IMG/VR virus record: IMGVR_UViG_3300035498_000745
Span: 25,799 to 89,798 of that record
Source: a virus
Lineage: Duplodnaviria > Caudoviricetes
Reading direction: 5' to 3' (one strand)
Length of the DNA stretch: 64,000 bases
Shown: one piece after another, positions 9,350 to 21,366 of the stretch
How positions within the stretch are numbered: position 1 is the first letter of the stretch
Layout of the letters: every line of letters begins with the position of its first letter
The notes under the pieces: model-generated
Database searches by the model: none
Seen by the model: the letters and a program-made list of their open reading frames with translations, nothing else
What the model was told of the DNA's origin: nothing
Translations under genes and position numbers: made by a program

Positions 9350-12300
9350 ATGGAAATACAAACAGATAGTATTAACCTAAAACCAATCCAGGAGTATCGT
9401 CAAATAATGATTGATGGTTTAAGACATTCATTTCCGGGATTGAATGTGGAAGAATTATCTAAAGCAATTGATTGGTCTATTAGTAATAGATTATATAATG
9501 GGCCAGCAGTCTTAGATAATAATTACACTAAGCAAAAAGCAAATGGAACGGTTCTAGATATATTACGTTATATAGAAAGACTAGAACCAATAAAGACATC
9601 TAGTGGGGTATTATTTAAACAAAGCAAAGAAGCAGATAATCCATTTGATAGAATGATAGCTGGATTTCTAGAGAAGCGAGGTCAATATAAGGATAAAATG
9701 TTTAAATACCCCAAAGGTAGTTATGAATTCGCTAAGTATAATCTATTTCAAATACTTGAGAAAAAGAATGCTAATGCTTGTTATGGATGCTTAGGAGCTC
9801 CATCATCAATGTATTATAATATATACGTAGCGGAAGCAGTAACAAGACAGGGAAGATCATATATATCTTGTAGTATTACTCTATTTGAATCATTGCTTGC
9901 TAATAATGTGAAGTTTAATAACTTAGATGAAATTATCACATTCATTAATAATGTGGAGCATGAGAAACCAAATAGAAAGTGTTTAGATAGTGCTATACTT
10001 GATATGGATATTACTGTAAATGAATGTTTCTATAAAGTAATGACTACTGTAGATCCTACAATATGGATTCCTACAGAAAAAGAGATGAGTCTTGTATATG
10101 AATATATTAGAGGATTATCTCAAGAAGATATAAACAGAGTATATTATAAGAATAACTTATATACGTTCTGTGATCTACCAATTGTTTCAGATCTTATCAT
10201 TAAGATTCTATCTAAACTTGGAGGACCAACTCAGTTTGAATCTGATGACCCTAATAGTAAGATAGTAAATAACTTATTCATGAATCCTAATAAACCACCA
10301 AAAGCAATTAAGGAAGATCTTGATATATTCGTAGATATGATTAAGGAGTATGTATATTATCCACACTTTTATATAGACAAATTAGATCGTATAGAATATA
10401 TGCAAAGAGATGTAGTTTGTCTTACTGATACAGACTCAACAATAGTATCATTTGATGCTTGGTATAGATTTATACTTGAAAAGGTATATAATTTAGATAT
10501 GCCTATAAAGCATGAAAAATTTGATATGGTGGAAATTATAAAAGCTGATGAATTTGGAGATCTTGATAAGAAGGTTATGTGTAAAATTGTAGATCCTAGG
10601 TTTGATTATGATTTCTATACAGATGAAGAAATAGAAACTCGAAGATATATAGAGCCTGCAAAAGTTGTGCCACAGGATATGCTTAAGTTTGGTATTATAA
10701 ATATAATAGCATATGCATGTAGCGCATTAGTAGTAGATTATCTTAGTGAGTATTCTAAACTTTCTGGTACTTATGTTGAAGGTAGGAAGTGCGCACTTGT
10801 GATAAATCTTTGTCACCTTATAGCAGTAATGCTGTGAGTAAAACTTTGTGAAATGCTGGAAAGTGCTAAAGCTCGAATGCCTATATGGAATCGAAAGATA
10901 GAAATAAGTTTCGAGATGGACTATGGTGAAATAAAAGCTTTGTATATTTTGAAGTAGGATATACAAGGTCCTAAGGTCTATTAACAATGTACGATCAGCA
11001 GATTGGATTGGATTGATTAAATAAATTAATAAAGGTGGTGATATTTTGCCAAAAAAGAAAAGAAAGCCTAGAACAACGCCTAGAATAGAACTAGATTTTA
11101 ATAAAGTATACTCTTCAAAAAGGGATGGAGACTATATACTTTTAGAAGAGGTCAAAATAGAAAATGATAGTAATAGGCATATATTAATAAAATTTCTGGA
11201 TACAGGCAATGAACAATTAGTACACCCATCAGAAATATACCATTGTATGATAAGGGATAGAAAGAAACATGGTATAGATTATGATAAAGTTTATAGTAGT
11301 AATAACTTTGGAGATTTTGTCATTATTAAAGACGCTGGAAGTAGAAAACAAGGGAATCATTCCCATAAATTAGTTAAAATAAAATTTCTTGACACCGGAA
11401 GTGTAAAAGTTGTAAGATTAGCTGATGCTTTGGTTGGTAATATAAGAGATGATTATAGACCAAATGTAGCCGGAGTAGGTTGTATAGGAAATGCTTCTAG
11501 TTATCATCCAGCATATAATGTATGGAATAGCATGTTGCAGAGATGTTATTGTAAAACTGATGCTAATTATGTAAGATATGGTGCTAAGGGAATTACAGTA
11601 TGCGAAAGATGGCATTGTTTTGAATATTTCTTAGAAGATTTACCATACATTGATGGTTATAATAATTGGTTAAATAATCCTGAATTATACCAATTAGATA
11701 AGGATTACAAACAACAAGGAATTCCTTATAATAAAAAAATATATTCTTTAAAAACTTGCTGTTTTATTGAAGACTATAATAATGTAGCATTAGCGACAAA
11801 ATCAAAAAATAAATATATTGGTGTTACTAAATTAATAAATGGGTATAATTCCAATATTACAGTTTGTGGAATAAATTATAATTTAGGTAGCTTCATTAAT
11901 AAAGATGATGCAGCAGCTGCATATAATAATGCAGCAAATTACTTACGTAATAATAATTTAGTATTAAATGATGTACCATACGTTGATCCAGAAATTTTAG
12001 ATACAAGAAAAATACGACACATAAATATGTGCAGAATAGTATAATAAACCCAAATAATCAATCCAATTTAATCCCAACGACTATCCCCATATGGGCTGTG
12101 AAATTCAGCAACAGGAGTAGGGCCTATGAAATTTATAGGTTGGTGAAAATCCATTAAATCCAAGCGCAAAGCATCCTAATAGGTAAAGCTAAGGATGAAG
12201 ATATAGTCTACGCTCTTAGAGAAATACTAAGGTAAATTCCTCAGCCTACACAAACTGTAAGCTGACGAATGTTCAGGGAAGAATGAATACTACTTCAGTA

Positions 12301-12995
12301 GAGCATTATTAACTTCACATAGAAGAAATTATGCCAGTTATCAAATTCTACAAGAAGGAAACATTATACCAGAAAGTGAAAGATTATCTATAGCAGGTTT
12401 ACCAATAGATAAATCTACATTACCAATAGATATTAAGGATGAGTTTAAAAGAATTATTTGTGAAGATATTATGAAGGCTGATAATATGGATCAGATAGGG
12501 ATAATGAAAAAACTTATACTTATGGAAAACAAAATCTATAAGAGTATTATGAATAAGGAAACTAAATATTATAAACCTGATAATGTAGCTCCAATTAATT
12601 CATATGCTAAAAATCCATTAGAGGTGAATGGCGTAGTAGCATGTCTTATTTATAATGAAATGAAAGATGATGATATGCAAGCTATAAATCTTGAAGAGAG
12701 AAATGCTATTATTAAAATCAAAATTGACGTTGATAAGAAAAACGTTGATAAAATTAAAGATTTATATCCTGATAAATATACTAAACTTGTTAATCTTCTT
12801 AATCATCCAACACTTGGATCTAAGGTTAATATAATAGCATTACCATTAGATACAGCTGTACCAGATTGGGTATTAGAGTTTGTAAATTTTGGAGAAATTA
12901 TTAGTGATTCTTTAAAGAATTTCCCTCTTGGATCTATTGGATTAAATCGTTTAGATAACGATAGCGTAAATGTATCAAATATTATTCAGTTATAA
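9350..12995 (+). CDS. Family B DNA polymerase, catalytic half; join(9350..10803,12278..12995), ~723 aa
   Basis: Motif B KKNANACYG and motif C DTDS; splicing joins AT|G to give ...ALV-M-KNEYYF...RRNYA, in frame with ORF 12471..12995. Confidence 0.9.
10804..12277 (+). mobile_element. Group I intron (1474 nt) in DNA polymerase, carrying a homing endonuclease
   Basis: P1 GTGAT|...GTCAC with U-G at the splice site; core elements AATGCTGGAAA, ATCAGCAG, CAACGACTA, AAGATATAGTCT; terminal G at 12277. Confidence 0.92.
11046..12044 (+). CDS. Intron-encoded homing endonuclease (HNH-like nuclease domain plus C-terminal AP2-like domain)
   Basis: Two N-terminal YSSxxxGD repeats; WNSMLQRCY...YGAKGITVCERW...LDKD...YSLKTC; AP2-like YIGV...YNLGSF...AAAAYN; enclosed by an inverted repeat (ATTGGATTGATTA/TAATCAATCCAAT). 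Confidence 0.85.
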   Translation: MPKKKRKPRTTPRIELDFNKVYSSKRDGDYILLEEVKIENDSNRHILIKFLDTGNEQLVHPSEIYHCMIRDRKKHGIDYDKVYSSNNFGDFVIIKDAGSRKQGNHSHKLVKIKFLDTGSVKVVRLADALVGNIRDDYRPNVAGVGCIGNASSYHPAYNVWNSMLQRCYCKTDANYVRYGAKGITVCERWHCFEYFLEDLPYIDGYNNWLNNPELYQLDKDYKQQGIPYNKKIYSLKTCCFIEDYNNVALATKSKNKYIGVTKLINGYNSNITVCGINYNLGSFINKDDAAAAYNNAANYLRNNNLVLNDVPYVDPEILDTRKIRHINMCRIV

Positions 12996-13126
12996 AACAA
13001 AACATATCGGGGCTAGGCTATCAAGCCTAGTCCCAGGATGTTCTTCAACACTATTCTTTTTTATCCATCTGAGAATTATGAATTATAAAAAGGATAATAT
13101 CTACCTTAAGATATAAACTTCGTTCA

Positions 13127-13687
13127 TTAATATATTGTCAGTTTATTTTCTTCGTCAATATCAACTTTTAATCCAATAGTTAAAGCATGACGAGCAATCT
13201 GCATATATTCAGCCGGAATAGATTCTTTATCATATATATTAGTATCAATCCCATCCTTTAATCCAGAGTATACTTCTGCAAGCTGATCTGGAGTATACTT
13301 TAAATATCTATCCTCTCTAAACTGATTGAATCCTTCTGCAACCCCAGCAAGTATATAATTCATTACAGCATATGGAGTATATGTATGGACAATAGTAAAT
13401 ATATCGTCTAACTTAAGACCCTTTTCAAGAGCTTTAAGAATAACCTGAAGCTGTGTCTCATTAAGTTCCATACATTCCTTATAGAAATCAATTACCCTTT
13501 TAGCATTTCCAAGATATTTTATAAAGTCATTTACCATTAATAATTTGCTTGAATTGATTTCTGCAAGCTCTTCAATAAGAATATCCGGATTTTCGTCTAC
13601 TAATGTAGTAGCTGTCTCGATCCAATCTGATGTAAGATACGGATTTTGTAATAATTCTGATATAAGTTGCTGTTTTGATTTGTTCAT
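13127..13687 (-). CDS. Hypothetical helical-repeat protein
   Basis: 186 aa with GGAGG RBS; repeats of the Qx2Ix2(G/A)Lx2G type. Confidence 0.75.
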   Translation of the reverse strand: MNKSKQQLISELLQNPYLTSDWIETATTLVDENPDILIEELAEINSSKLLMVNDFIKYLGNAKRVIDFYKECMELNETQLQVILKALEKGLKLDDIFTIVHTYTPYAVMNYILAGVAEGFNQFREDRYLKYTPDQLAEVYSGLKDGIDTNIYDKESIPAEYMQIARHALTIGLKVDIDEENKLTIY

Positions 13688-13834
13688 ATAAACCTCCTTA
13701 TAATTTTTTATTTAGTGTCGGTTAAGCTTATAGCTTACTACAAAGTTTTACGATTTTTATTTTTATATAGATCAGTATAAAACGCCTAGTCTGGACATTG
13801 ATTTAAAATATTTAGTAATGAAAGGAGGATAAAT

Positions 13835-16800
13835 ATGGCTTATGGTAATGTAATAACACCATCATATGTAGTTAATTATCATCAAGGTCAAATGGTACAG
13901 CAAAGAGCAGCTCCCAAACAAAGACCTCAGCCACAACCTATAAGGACTGTATATAGTCAAAAGACAACTAAGAACAAAAGCTTCTTAGATATGCATCATT
14001 ATCTTAAATCCATTGGTGTAAATAATAATGAATTTATGCTTGCCTTATTAGATCCTGACTTAGATGGAATTGACCCTTATGATCCAAATTTAAATGCCTA
14101 TTACAAACAGAAAATATTAAGAGAATGCATATGCAATTATTGGTATTTCCTCAGAGAGATAGTCAAATTACCATCATCAGGTGCTAAACCTATGCGTTTT
14201 AAACTAGATCGTGGTAATTTAGCTTATAATTTTTGTGCATCTCTTAATATGAATATATTTCTTGAAGAGCCTCGGCTAATAAAATAACCCATCTTATATA
14301 GAAATATATAGGATGAATCTCTTTTAATTTGCTGGGAAGTGCTAAAGCCATTTAGCCTATTAATAGGAGACGAAAGTCAGAAATAAGTAAATGGATGAGC
14401 TATGCTGAGAAAAAGCTAATTTATAATTGGTGCTAAGGCTTGATAACAATGTGCAATCAGCGTCTAAGATTTATTAATTATACTATATAATTTTAATCTT
14501 GATAAAGATTATCTTCAACAAGATCTTTATATTGGAGATAGAGTATATTCAAAAGAAACATGTGTTTGGTTAGATAGATCTACAAATGGTAAACTTGCAA
14601 CAAAAACATTTAATGATGAATTAGATTATGTAGATAAATCTGGGAATTTAAAGAAAGTGACTATGGTTAGTATAATTAATAAATAAAGTTCAACGACTAT
14701 CCCTCGGATGCGGCTCTTAAAATAATGCATCAATAGGAGTAGGGCTCAAGTGAGCGGGTGAGATCCCCTTAAATCGAAATGGAGAGTTACCTTAAATGGT
14801 AAAGATATAGTCTCGACACTTGGAGAAAGACCAAGGAAGTTCATAAGAGAACTGCATAGATTAACGACCTATGTGAAGACACCGAGAGAGGTAAGACAAC
14901 ATCTGTTGCTATAAGGCATTTATATTTATATAATTTTGGTACTACTAATTCTAAAATGGCTTTCCTCCATAAGAATATGGATGGTTCTAAGGATAACTTA
15001 GCAACAATGAAAACTATTAGAGATTTATTACCTCAATATTTGGTTCTTAAAGAAAGGATTACACCAGATGGCAAAGTAGATAAAGGTAAAGATAATACTA
15101 CAGAAATTGTAAATCCATTTAACAATAACCATATTAAAGCATTTGCTTCTGCTACAAATAAAGCAAAAGCAGCATCATTATTACGTGGTAAAGATTTGCC
15201 CTATACTATGGTGACATAGTGTAGAATGGCTATTAACGCTGGGAAGTGCTAAGGCTCTCTTGCCTATTATATAGGAGACGAAAGTCAGAAATAAATAGAG
15301 AGATGGGCTATGCTGAAATAAAAGCCAATTATTTATAATTGGTGCTAAGGTCTATTAACAATGTGTAATCAGCATCTAATCTTAATATATTTAACCAAAT
15401 ACAAGTAATTAAATATTTTTTATAATAAAGGAGGATATTTAATATGGTGGTAGAAGTAGGGGGAATTTATAAATCTAAAAAATGTGGAGAATATGAAATT
15501 TTATGTAGAAACGATCAAGAATCATATAACAAATTTAGAACATGCTATGATATAAAATTCTTAAAGACTAAATATGTTACTACAGTAAGAGTCGATCAAA
15601 TAAATACTGGCAGTATTAAGGATCCATATTTTCCATCAGTATGTGGAATTGGTTATTTGGGTGAGCCTAAAAATGAGTATAGAGATCCATATATTTATAA
15701 TAGATGGAATAATATGATAAATAACTGTTATAATGATAAATATCGTAATTATAGTTTACATGGAGCTTTAGGAATTACAGTATGCAAAAGATGGCATTGT
15801 TATGCTAATTTTGCAGAAGATATAGAATCATTACCTGGGTATGATGATATGATAAATAATCCTAAAAAAAGATATAGACTAGTAATAGTACAACAAAATA
15901 CTCCTGAAAATCAAAAAATATATTCTCCAGAAACATGTATTCTTATTAATCAATAATGCTTGGTTAAAAATATTTGATTAGTTCAACGACTATCCCCATA
16001 TGGGCTGTGAAATTCAGCAACAGGAGTAGGGCTCAAGTGAGTAGGTGAGAACCCTTTAAATCAAAAAATAGCCTACCTCTTATATAAGAGGTAAAGATAT
16101 AGTCTCAACTCTTAGAGAAATACTAAGGAAGTTCATAAGAGAACTGCGGGAATTAACGACTCTCGTGAAGACAATTGAAATCATTGACTTTGATGTGGTT
16201 TGATGAGTATGGATTCCTACCATATAATGATATTATCTACATGAATGGTGCTCCTGCATATAAAACAGCATCTTCAATAGCTAAAGCAAATGGAGCTCCT
16301 TATGGTATAACTATAACAACGACTCCGGGCTTCCTCAGCACAGATGAAGGTAAGGAGGCATATGCCATGAAAGAGAGTGCTACTAAATTCTCTGAAACAT
16401 GGTATGATAAATCATATACTGAATTAATGGATATTATTAACGCTAATACTAAATCAGATTATGTATATATTAGATATACATATCAGCAGCTTGGATGTTC
16501 AGAAGAATGGTTTAGAGATGTATGTAGATTACTTAAGAACTCATGGCCTGATATTAGACGTGAGATCTTATTAGAGTGGGCTACAGGTGTTGAAAATTCT
16601 CCATTTAAAGAAGAAGACCTAGATACTATAGCAGGCTTAATAAGACAACCTATATCAGAGGTATACTTGTTAGGCAAATACAGATTTGAAACTTATCTTC
16701 AAGCAGATACTAGAACTTATCCTGCAATTATAGGTGTCGATGTTGCAGGTGGTTATAAGCAGGATAGTTCTACCATAACAGTTGTAGATTCACAAACAAC

Positions 16801-17779
16801 TAAAACTTTAGGTTGTATGAATTGTAACTATATTTCAACTTTGGATTTAGCACGATGCATTGAATTCATTGTAAAGAATTGGATGCCAAATGCTGTAGTT
16901 TCTGTTGAACGCAATGGTGGATTTGGTTCTACAGTAATATCTAAGTTGAAGAAGATGGGATTAACAAAGAATCTGTATTATGAAATTAAAGAGAAGACAG
17001 TAGAAGAAAGACAGGATGGAGTTCATGCTTATAAGCAAAAGATAAGAGTGAAAGAATATGGTCTTAATTCTACAATGCAAGTTAGAAAACTTCTTATTGA
17101 TATCTTAATAGAACGAGTGGAAAATCATAAAGATAAGATTATTTCACCAATCATATATAATGAGTTATTAGGAATGGAAATTAAGAGAAACGGTAAAGTA
17201 GAACATTCAGCGTCTACACATGATGATCAGATATTCTCTATGCTTATGGCTCTTTATGTATGGTATGAAGGAACCAATCTTGCAGAACGTTATGGAATTC
17301 GTAAAGCTTCAATTAAAACAGATGATGATATTGATGAACAATACGATTATTATAATGATGATACTGTAGAGATTGTAGATTCTTTCAATGTAGAATCTGA
17401 ATTAAATACAGAAATTGAAAGAGATCTTGATGCTGCTATAAGAGCAGGTGGAACACCAATGCAAGAATTCTTAGATAAACGTAGGGAAGAAGAGAAAGCT
17501 CAATATGAAGCTCTTATTAATACTCCTCTTGGAGAAAGAGCTTATAGACAGAAATATAGTATTCCTCCTAACGTACCGATCTCTAATTATATTGGGGATC
17601 AAAGTTCATTTAATGTACCAGACTCAATATTCTTAGGATTCTATGATAATACTCCTGGTAATTTAAGTGATTATTACGATGAAGATAAACCACTTGCTAG
17701 AGTGGGTGCTGTTCCTGAAGCTCAACGAGGACAGTTAGAAGGAGAAGATTATAGATATTACAATCATTTTAATTTCTAA
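13835..17779 (+). CDS. terL: Terminase large subunit; join(13835..14276,14885..15189,16178..17779), ~782 aa
   Basis: Splicing restores Walker A PRQRGKT and LRG-KSLTLMWFDE (Walker B); nuclease motifs GVDVAGG, ERNG and HDD. Confidence 0.92.
14277..14884 (+). mobile_element. Group I intron (608 nt) in the terminase Walker A, with endonuclease remnant
   Basis: Core TTGCTGGGAA, AATCAGC, TCAACGACTA, AAGATATAGTCT; 3' end GAAGACACCG like sister introns; 5' site appears to be C opposite A. Confidence 0.88.
14486..14686 (+). pseudogene. C-terminal remnant of an HNH-like homing endonuclease
   Basis: Start-less frame reads ...LDKDYLQQDLYIGDRVYSKETCVW...LKKVTMVSIINK*, homologous to the LDKDYKQQ...IYSLKTC region of the 11046..12044 protein. 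Confidence 0.8.
15190..16177 (+). mobile_element. Group I intron (988 nt), second terminase intron
   Basis: P1 GGT|AAA..TTTGCC with U-G; P10 GATTT/AAATC; conserved core; ends GAAGACAATTG. Confidence 0.92.
15444..15956 (+). CDS. Intron-encoded HNH-like endonuclease, short or degenerate
   Basis: GGAGG RBS; paralog of 11046..12044 (GITVCKRWHC, IYSPETC) but lacks the LDKD motif and the AP2 domain. Confidence 0.75.
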   Translation: MVVEVGGIYKSKKCGEYEILCRNDQESYNKFRTCYDIKFLKTKYVTTVRVDQINTGSIKDPYFPSVCGIGYLGEPKNEYRDPYIYNRWNNMINNCYNDKYRNYSLHGALGITVCKRWHCYANFAEDIESLPGYDDMINNPKKRYRLVIVQQNTPENQKIYSPETCILINQ

Positions 17780-17875
17780 TATATAGGAGAGGTTTTATAC
17801 CTCTCCTAATATTTTTATTTTTATTTATAATTAGACAACTGTGTAAAAATTTATATAGAAAGAGAGGATAAGAAA

Positions 17876-18664
17876 ATGTCTGATAATATGCAGCCTTATC
17901 TCATTAGTAATGAATACGATATTTCAGAAATATTGGCTCATTTTGATTCTAATTATATATTTTCAGTTATCAACGATAAGCTTGAAAATATAAGTTATTC
18001 TTCATCATTACCAGAACCTAATATTGTACAAGCATTTGAAGAAAATTTCAAAATGATGAATGAAAGATATCCTGGAGATAGCCAAAATATAAGAAATATT
18101 AGAGAGCAAGTTTATAGAGAAATTATTAAAATATTAACAGAAAGATTTAATTTAGGATTTAATACAGTAGATGAAAATATTGATATCTTCGTTGCTGCTT
18201 CATATTTATATGAGTTTCTGGTTAGTAGGCGTAATGAAATTATAACCAATTTCTTTACTGCATTTATTGTAAATAATAAGGATTCTTTATATAATCATCT
18301 TGTTGCTGATGGTTTAAAGAAGGGCAGAGATAGTTCTTATAATTATGGTAAAGTAGTTTATGATGATCAGAAATTTGCAATTATAAGTGCAAATATGGTT
18401 AAAGTAATTAATTATATATCTGAGATGGATGTAACTCTACTTAATATATTCCAAAGTACATACATCGATCAGAATGTAGTTATGTTCTTGGATAATGCCT
18501 TTGCTGATAGAGGTAATTTCTTTAGAGATTTTTATTGTTCAATTGCAAGAAATCCAGAGATTGCTCCTATAATGATTACTAATATTAAATTATCATTACA
18601 ACGTTTAGTTGGTAATCCATCAAATGCAGATATCATGTCTTTATTGTCAGCAAATGAAGAATAA
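17876..18664 (+). CDS. Hypothetical protein, probably virion/morphogenesis
   Basis: 262 aa, RBS, GACA-N6-TA upstream; lies between terminase and tail sheath. Confidence 0.75.
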   Translation: MSDNMQPYLISNEYDISEILAHFDSNYIFSVINDKLENISYSSSLPEPNIVQAFEENFKMMNERYPGDSQNIRNIREQVYREIIKILTERFNLGFNTVDENIDIFVAASYLYEFLVSRRNEIITNFFTAFIVNNKDSLYNHLVADGLKKGRDSSYNYGKVVYDDQKFAIISANMVKVINYISEMDVTLLNIFQSTYIDQNVVMFLDNAFADRGNFFRDFYCSIARNPEIAPIMITNIKLSLQRLVGNPSNADIMSLLSANEE

Positions 18665-18675
18665 AAATAAATTGT

Positions 18676-19743
18676 ATGGAGGATTTTATTATGTCATTAG
18701 AAAACGAAAATGTAAATGAAAACACCATTACAGAAGAGCAGGTTCATGAAGTTTATACTAAACTTGAAGAAGAAAATACAGATGCTGAAAAATTGGCTAA
18801 AGCTGAAGAAGAAACAGAAGAAAATGAATATTCTGAAATCGAAGAGATTGATAATTATGTGAATCTTGGCGGTGCAAGTGTAGAAGATGTTGATGAGGGC
18901 GATGAGGATTATATTGAGGCATTTTCTCCATATAATCTTAGTGATGATGATGCTAAGAAGTTTATTGAAGTCATTGCAGATTATAAGATTGGTAGAAACA
19001 AGAATAATGTATACAATAGACTTCCTGACAAAATTAAAGATATTGCTGATGGATTTGCTAACTCTCCAGATTCTCATGGAATAAAAGTATCTAAAGAATG
19101 GGCAGCCGAATATGTAGTAAAGAGTTTCATTAATGATGCTAAGGTTAATAAAGCTGTAGATACATTTAATGATGAACTTAATAATACTATGGCTGATATA
19201 AATAAACAGTATGATCTTATTTTCAATGAATCAATTGAAAACGTTTTCTCTAAAATTGATGAGATTAGAGCAGAAGATCCTGTTAAGGCTGATAGAGTGG
19301 AAGCTGTTAAAGCAGCGTTTGATGATGCATCTACATTCCAGCGTCAGTTAGACTACTTAGATCATATCGGTGCTAAAAAACTAAACAAACTTCATGGTGG
19401 TAAGAGGATTATTAGTGACGCATTCTACTTTAACACTAAAGTAAATGTTACTGAAATTAGAGTGCCAGATATTGGCGAATTACCGGCAATTATTAAAATG
19501 GAATTACCAGATTATGATATTGATGATATAAATAAATTTGTATCTATCATTGTTAAAACTACAGCAACTTTACCACTTGAAGGTCCTGATAATATTGGTA
19601 ATATCGCTTATGTATATAAAGTAGTTTCTAATATTTATAATTATAAATATTGGGATTCTGAGATTGATGTAGCCTCTGAAACTCATGATACTATTTTCGG
19701 TAACATTACTAAAGTATTAGATAAAATTAAGAATATATCGTAA
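18676..19743 (+). CDS. Hypothetical acidic protein
   Basis: 355-aa ORF; GGAGG RBS favours a start at 18691. Confidence 0.75.
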   Translation: MEDFIMSLENENVNENTITEEQVHEVYTKLEEENTDAEKLAKAEEETEENEYSEIEEIDNYVNLGGASVEDVDEGDEDYIEAFSPYNLSDDDAKKFIEVIADYKIGRNKNNVYNRLPDKIKDIADGFANSPDSHGIKVSKEWAAEYVVKSFINDAKVNKAVDTFNDELNNTMADINKQYDLIFNESIENVFSKIDEIRAEDPVKADRVEAVKAAFDDASTFQRQLDYLDHIGAKKLNKLHGGKRIISDAFYFNTKVNVTEIRVPDIGELPAIIKMELPDYDIDDINKFVSIIVKTTATLPLEGPDNIGNIAYVYKVVSNIYNYKYWDSEIDVASETHDTIFGNITKVLDKIKNIS

Positions 19744-19758
19744 GGAGGTAATGTTACC

Positions 19759-20508
19759 ATGGAAGGTCCATATATTCCAAGAAAAGCTTATATGTATGGG
19801 AACACTTTTTTCGATGAAGAAGTTCCAAAGTATAATTCCACAAAGCATCATAAACTTCCTAGAGTAAGAGGATTAGAAGCTCATAAAGTATTTGATGATG
19901 GAACAGCTTATAAATTTGATACTGTTGATGAGGATGGTTCAATTATTAGAGGTAAAGTTCCTAGCATTGTAAATATAGAAACAATGATGGTTAAAACTTT
20001 AAGAGTATACTTATATGGAGTTACAGAATTAGATGATCAAATGTTTACTCTTGAAGTTGGAAAGAGGTATGCTATTACTTACTTATCTGAACAGGGTTGT
20101 AGAGTAGCAGATGGATATTTAAGATACCTTGATACTAGCATTCCTGAAGATTGTACTAAGTATATTGGAGATTACTCTAGCACAGCAGCTCAAGCATTTA
20201 TTGGTATGGATTGCTCTTCCAAAGGAGTTTCTGATAAGAGGAAAATCTATATTGCTTCTATACGTGGAATAGAAGTATTAGATGATGATGATGATTACAC
20301 CGCACCAGCAGAAGATGATGATACAAAGAAATATACACTCTTAGATAGATTGGATAATATCATTGCCGAGCTTGAAAATGGAGAGGGATGTGATTATTGT
20401 GATGAAGTATCTGAAAAGATTGACTTAATCAGTACTAAAGTAGATGAGCTTAAAGATAATAGAGATATTTACCTTGGCACTATTACTACTGGAGATACGA
20501 CTGTATAA
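19759..20508 (+). CDS. Hypothetical protein
   Basis: 249 aa, AAGGAGGT RBS, followed by a terminator hairpin (~20525..20550). Confidence 0.75.
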   Translation: MEGPYIPRKAYMYGNTFFDEEVPKYNSTKHHKLPRVRGLEAHKVFDDGTAYKFDTVDEDGSIIRGKVPSIVNIETMMVKTLRVYLYGVTELDDQMFTLEVGKRYAITYLSEQGCRVADGYLRYLDTSIPEDCTKYIGDYSSTAAQAFIGMDCSSKGVSDKRKIYIASIRGIEVLDDDDDYTAPAEDDDTKKYTLLDRLDNIIAELENGEGCDYCDEVSEKIDLISTKVDELKDNRDIYLGTITTGDTTV

Positions 20509-20599
20509 ATTATTATTATTAATTACCCCTAGGTTATAATGCCTAGGGGGAACTTTATGCTTTGAACTTTCTAATAATATAAAGAGAGGAGATGATTAT

Positions 20600-21349
20600 A
20601 TGTTTTATAAGACTGTAGGTGATAAAGTTGTAGTAGCAGAAGATGTTGAAGTTATATACTATGTGCCAGAAAAATATTTTGATACTAAAGTAGCTATTAC
20701 CATTGGTGAGCGTATAGATGTAATGGGCGTATTCATGTATGGATTATATAATAAGAGTGGTAAACAATTATCATTAAAACTATTTAATTGTCCTACAATG
20801 ATTACATGTAAACCTAGTGTTGTTACTAAGGAATCTAAGTTCCATCTTGAAGGGACCAGTGAACCATCAGCATACCGTTTATTACATTTTTCTAAGGGAG
20901 ATGAATTGATATGCTCTATTAATATTCCACAAGATGTAGATAATGTAGAGAAATTTACTAATCTACTTATGAGATCTAATTTACCGGAAACTATACCATA
21001 TGATAAACTTCATGAGATCATGTTAAAGAATGCAGAATTAAATGGATTCAATTATAAAATATCTCCACAGATTATTGGAATAGTGGTGTCTGAATTATGT
21101 AGAGATCCAAAAGATTTATCTCATCCATTTAGATTCTCTTCAATGGAAGATATGTGTGGATATAAAGCAATATCTATTCTTCAAATACCAAAATACACTT
21201 CAGCTTATACTGCTATTACATCAGAAAATGCTGATGAAGCTATAGCAGCAGCAATGACAGTTAAATCTAATACTGTATCGCCACTTGAGAAAATGATGAT
21301 GGAATCAGTCGAAGATATAAAACACGACGATCCTGAAGAATATGAATAA
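20600..21349 (+). CDS. Possible virion RNAP beta' extreme C-terminal fragment
   Basis: IIGIVVSELCRD...PFR...YTAITSENADEAIAAA...SPLEK loosely parallels the beta' C-terminal HIEVIVRQM...AASFQET region; sits in the late cluster. Confidence 0.45.
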   Translation: MFYKTVGDKVVVAEDVEVIYYVPEKYFDTKVAITIGERIDVMGVFMYGLYNKSGKQLSLKLFNCPTMITCKPSVVTKESKFHLEGTSEPSAYRLLHFSKGDELICSINIPQDVDNVEKFTNLLMRSNLPETIPYDKLHEIMLKNAELNGFNYKISPQIIGIVVSELCRDPKDLSHPFRFSSMEDMCGYKAISILQIPKYTSAYTAITSENADEAIAAAMTVKSNTVSPLEKMMMESVEDIKHDDPEEYE

Positions 21350-21366
21350 TAGGAGGTTGTAATATT

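Noticed and set aside
12471-12995. ORFs 12471..12995, 14956..15219, 16175..17779, 27941..28399 and 60027..60317 as independent genes, or as frameshifted pseudogenes
   Set aside because: They are exons; removing the group I introns joins them in frame and restores catalytic motifs.
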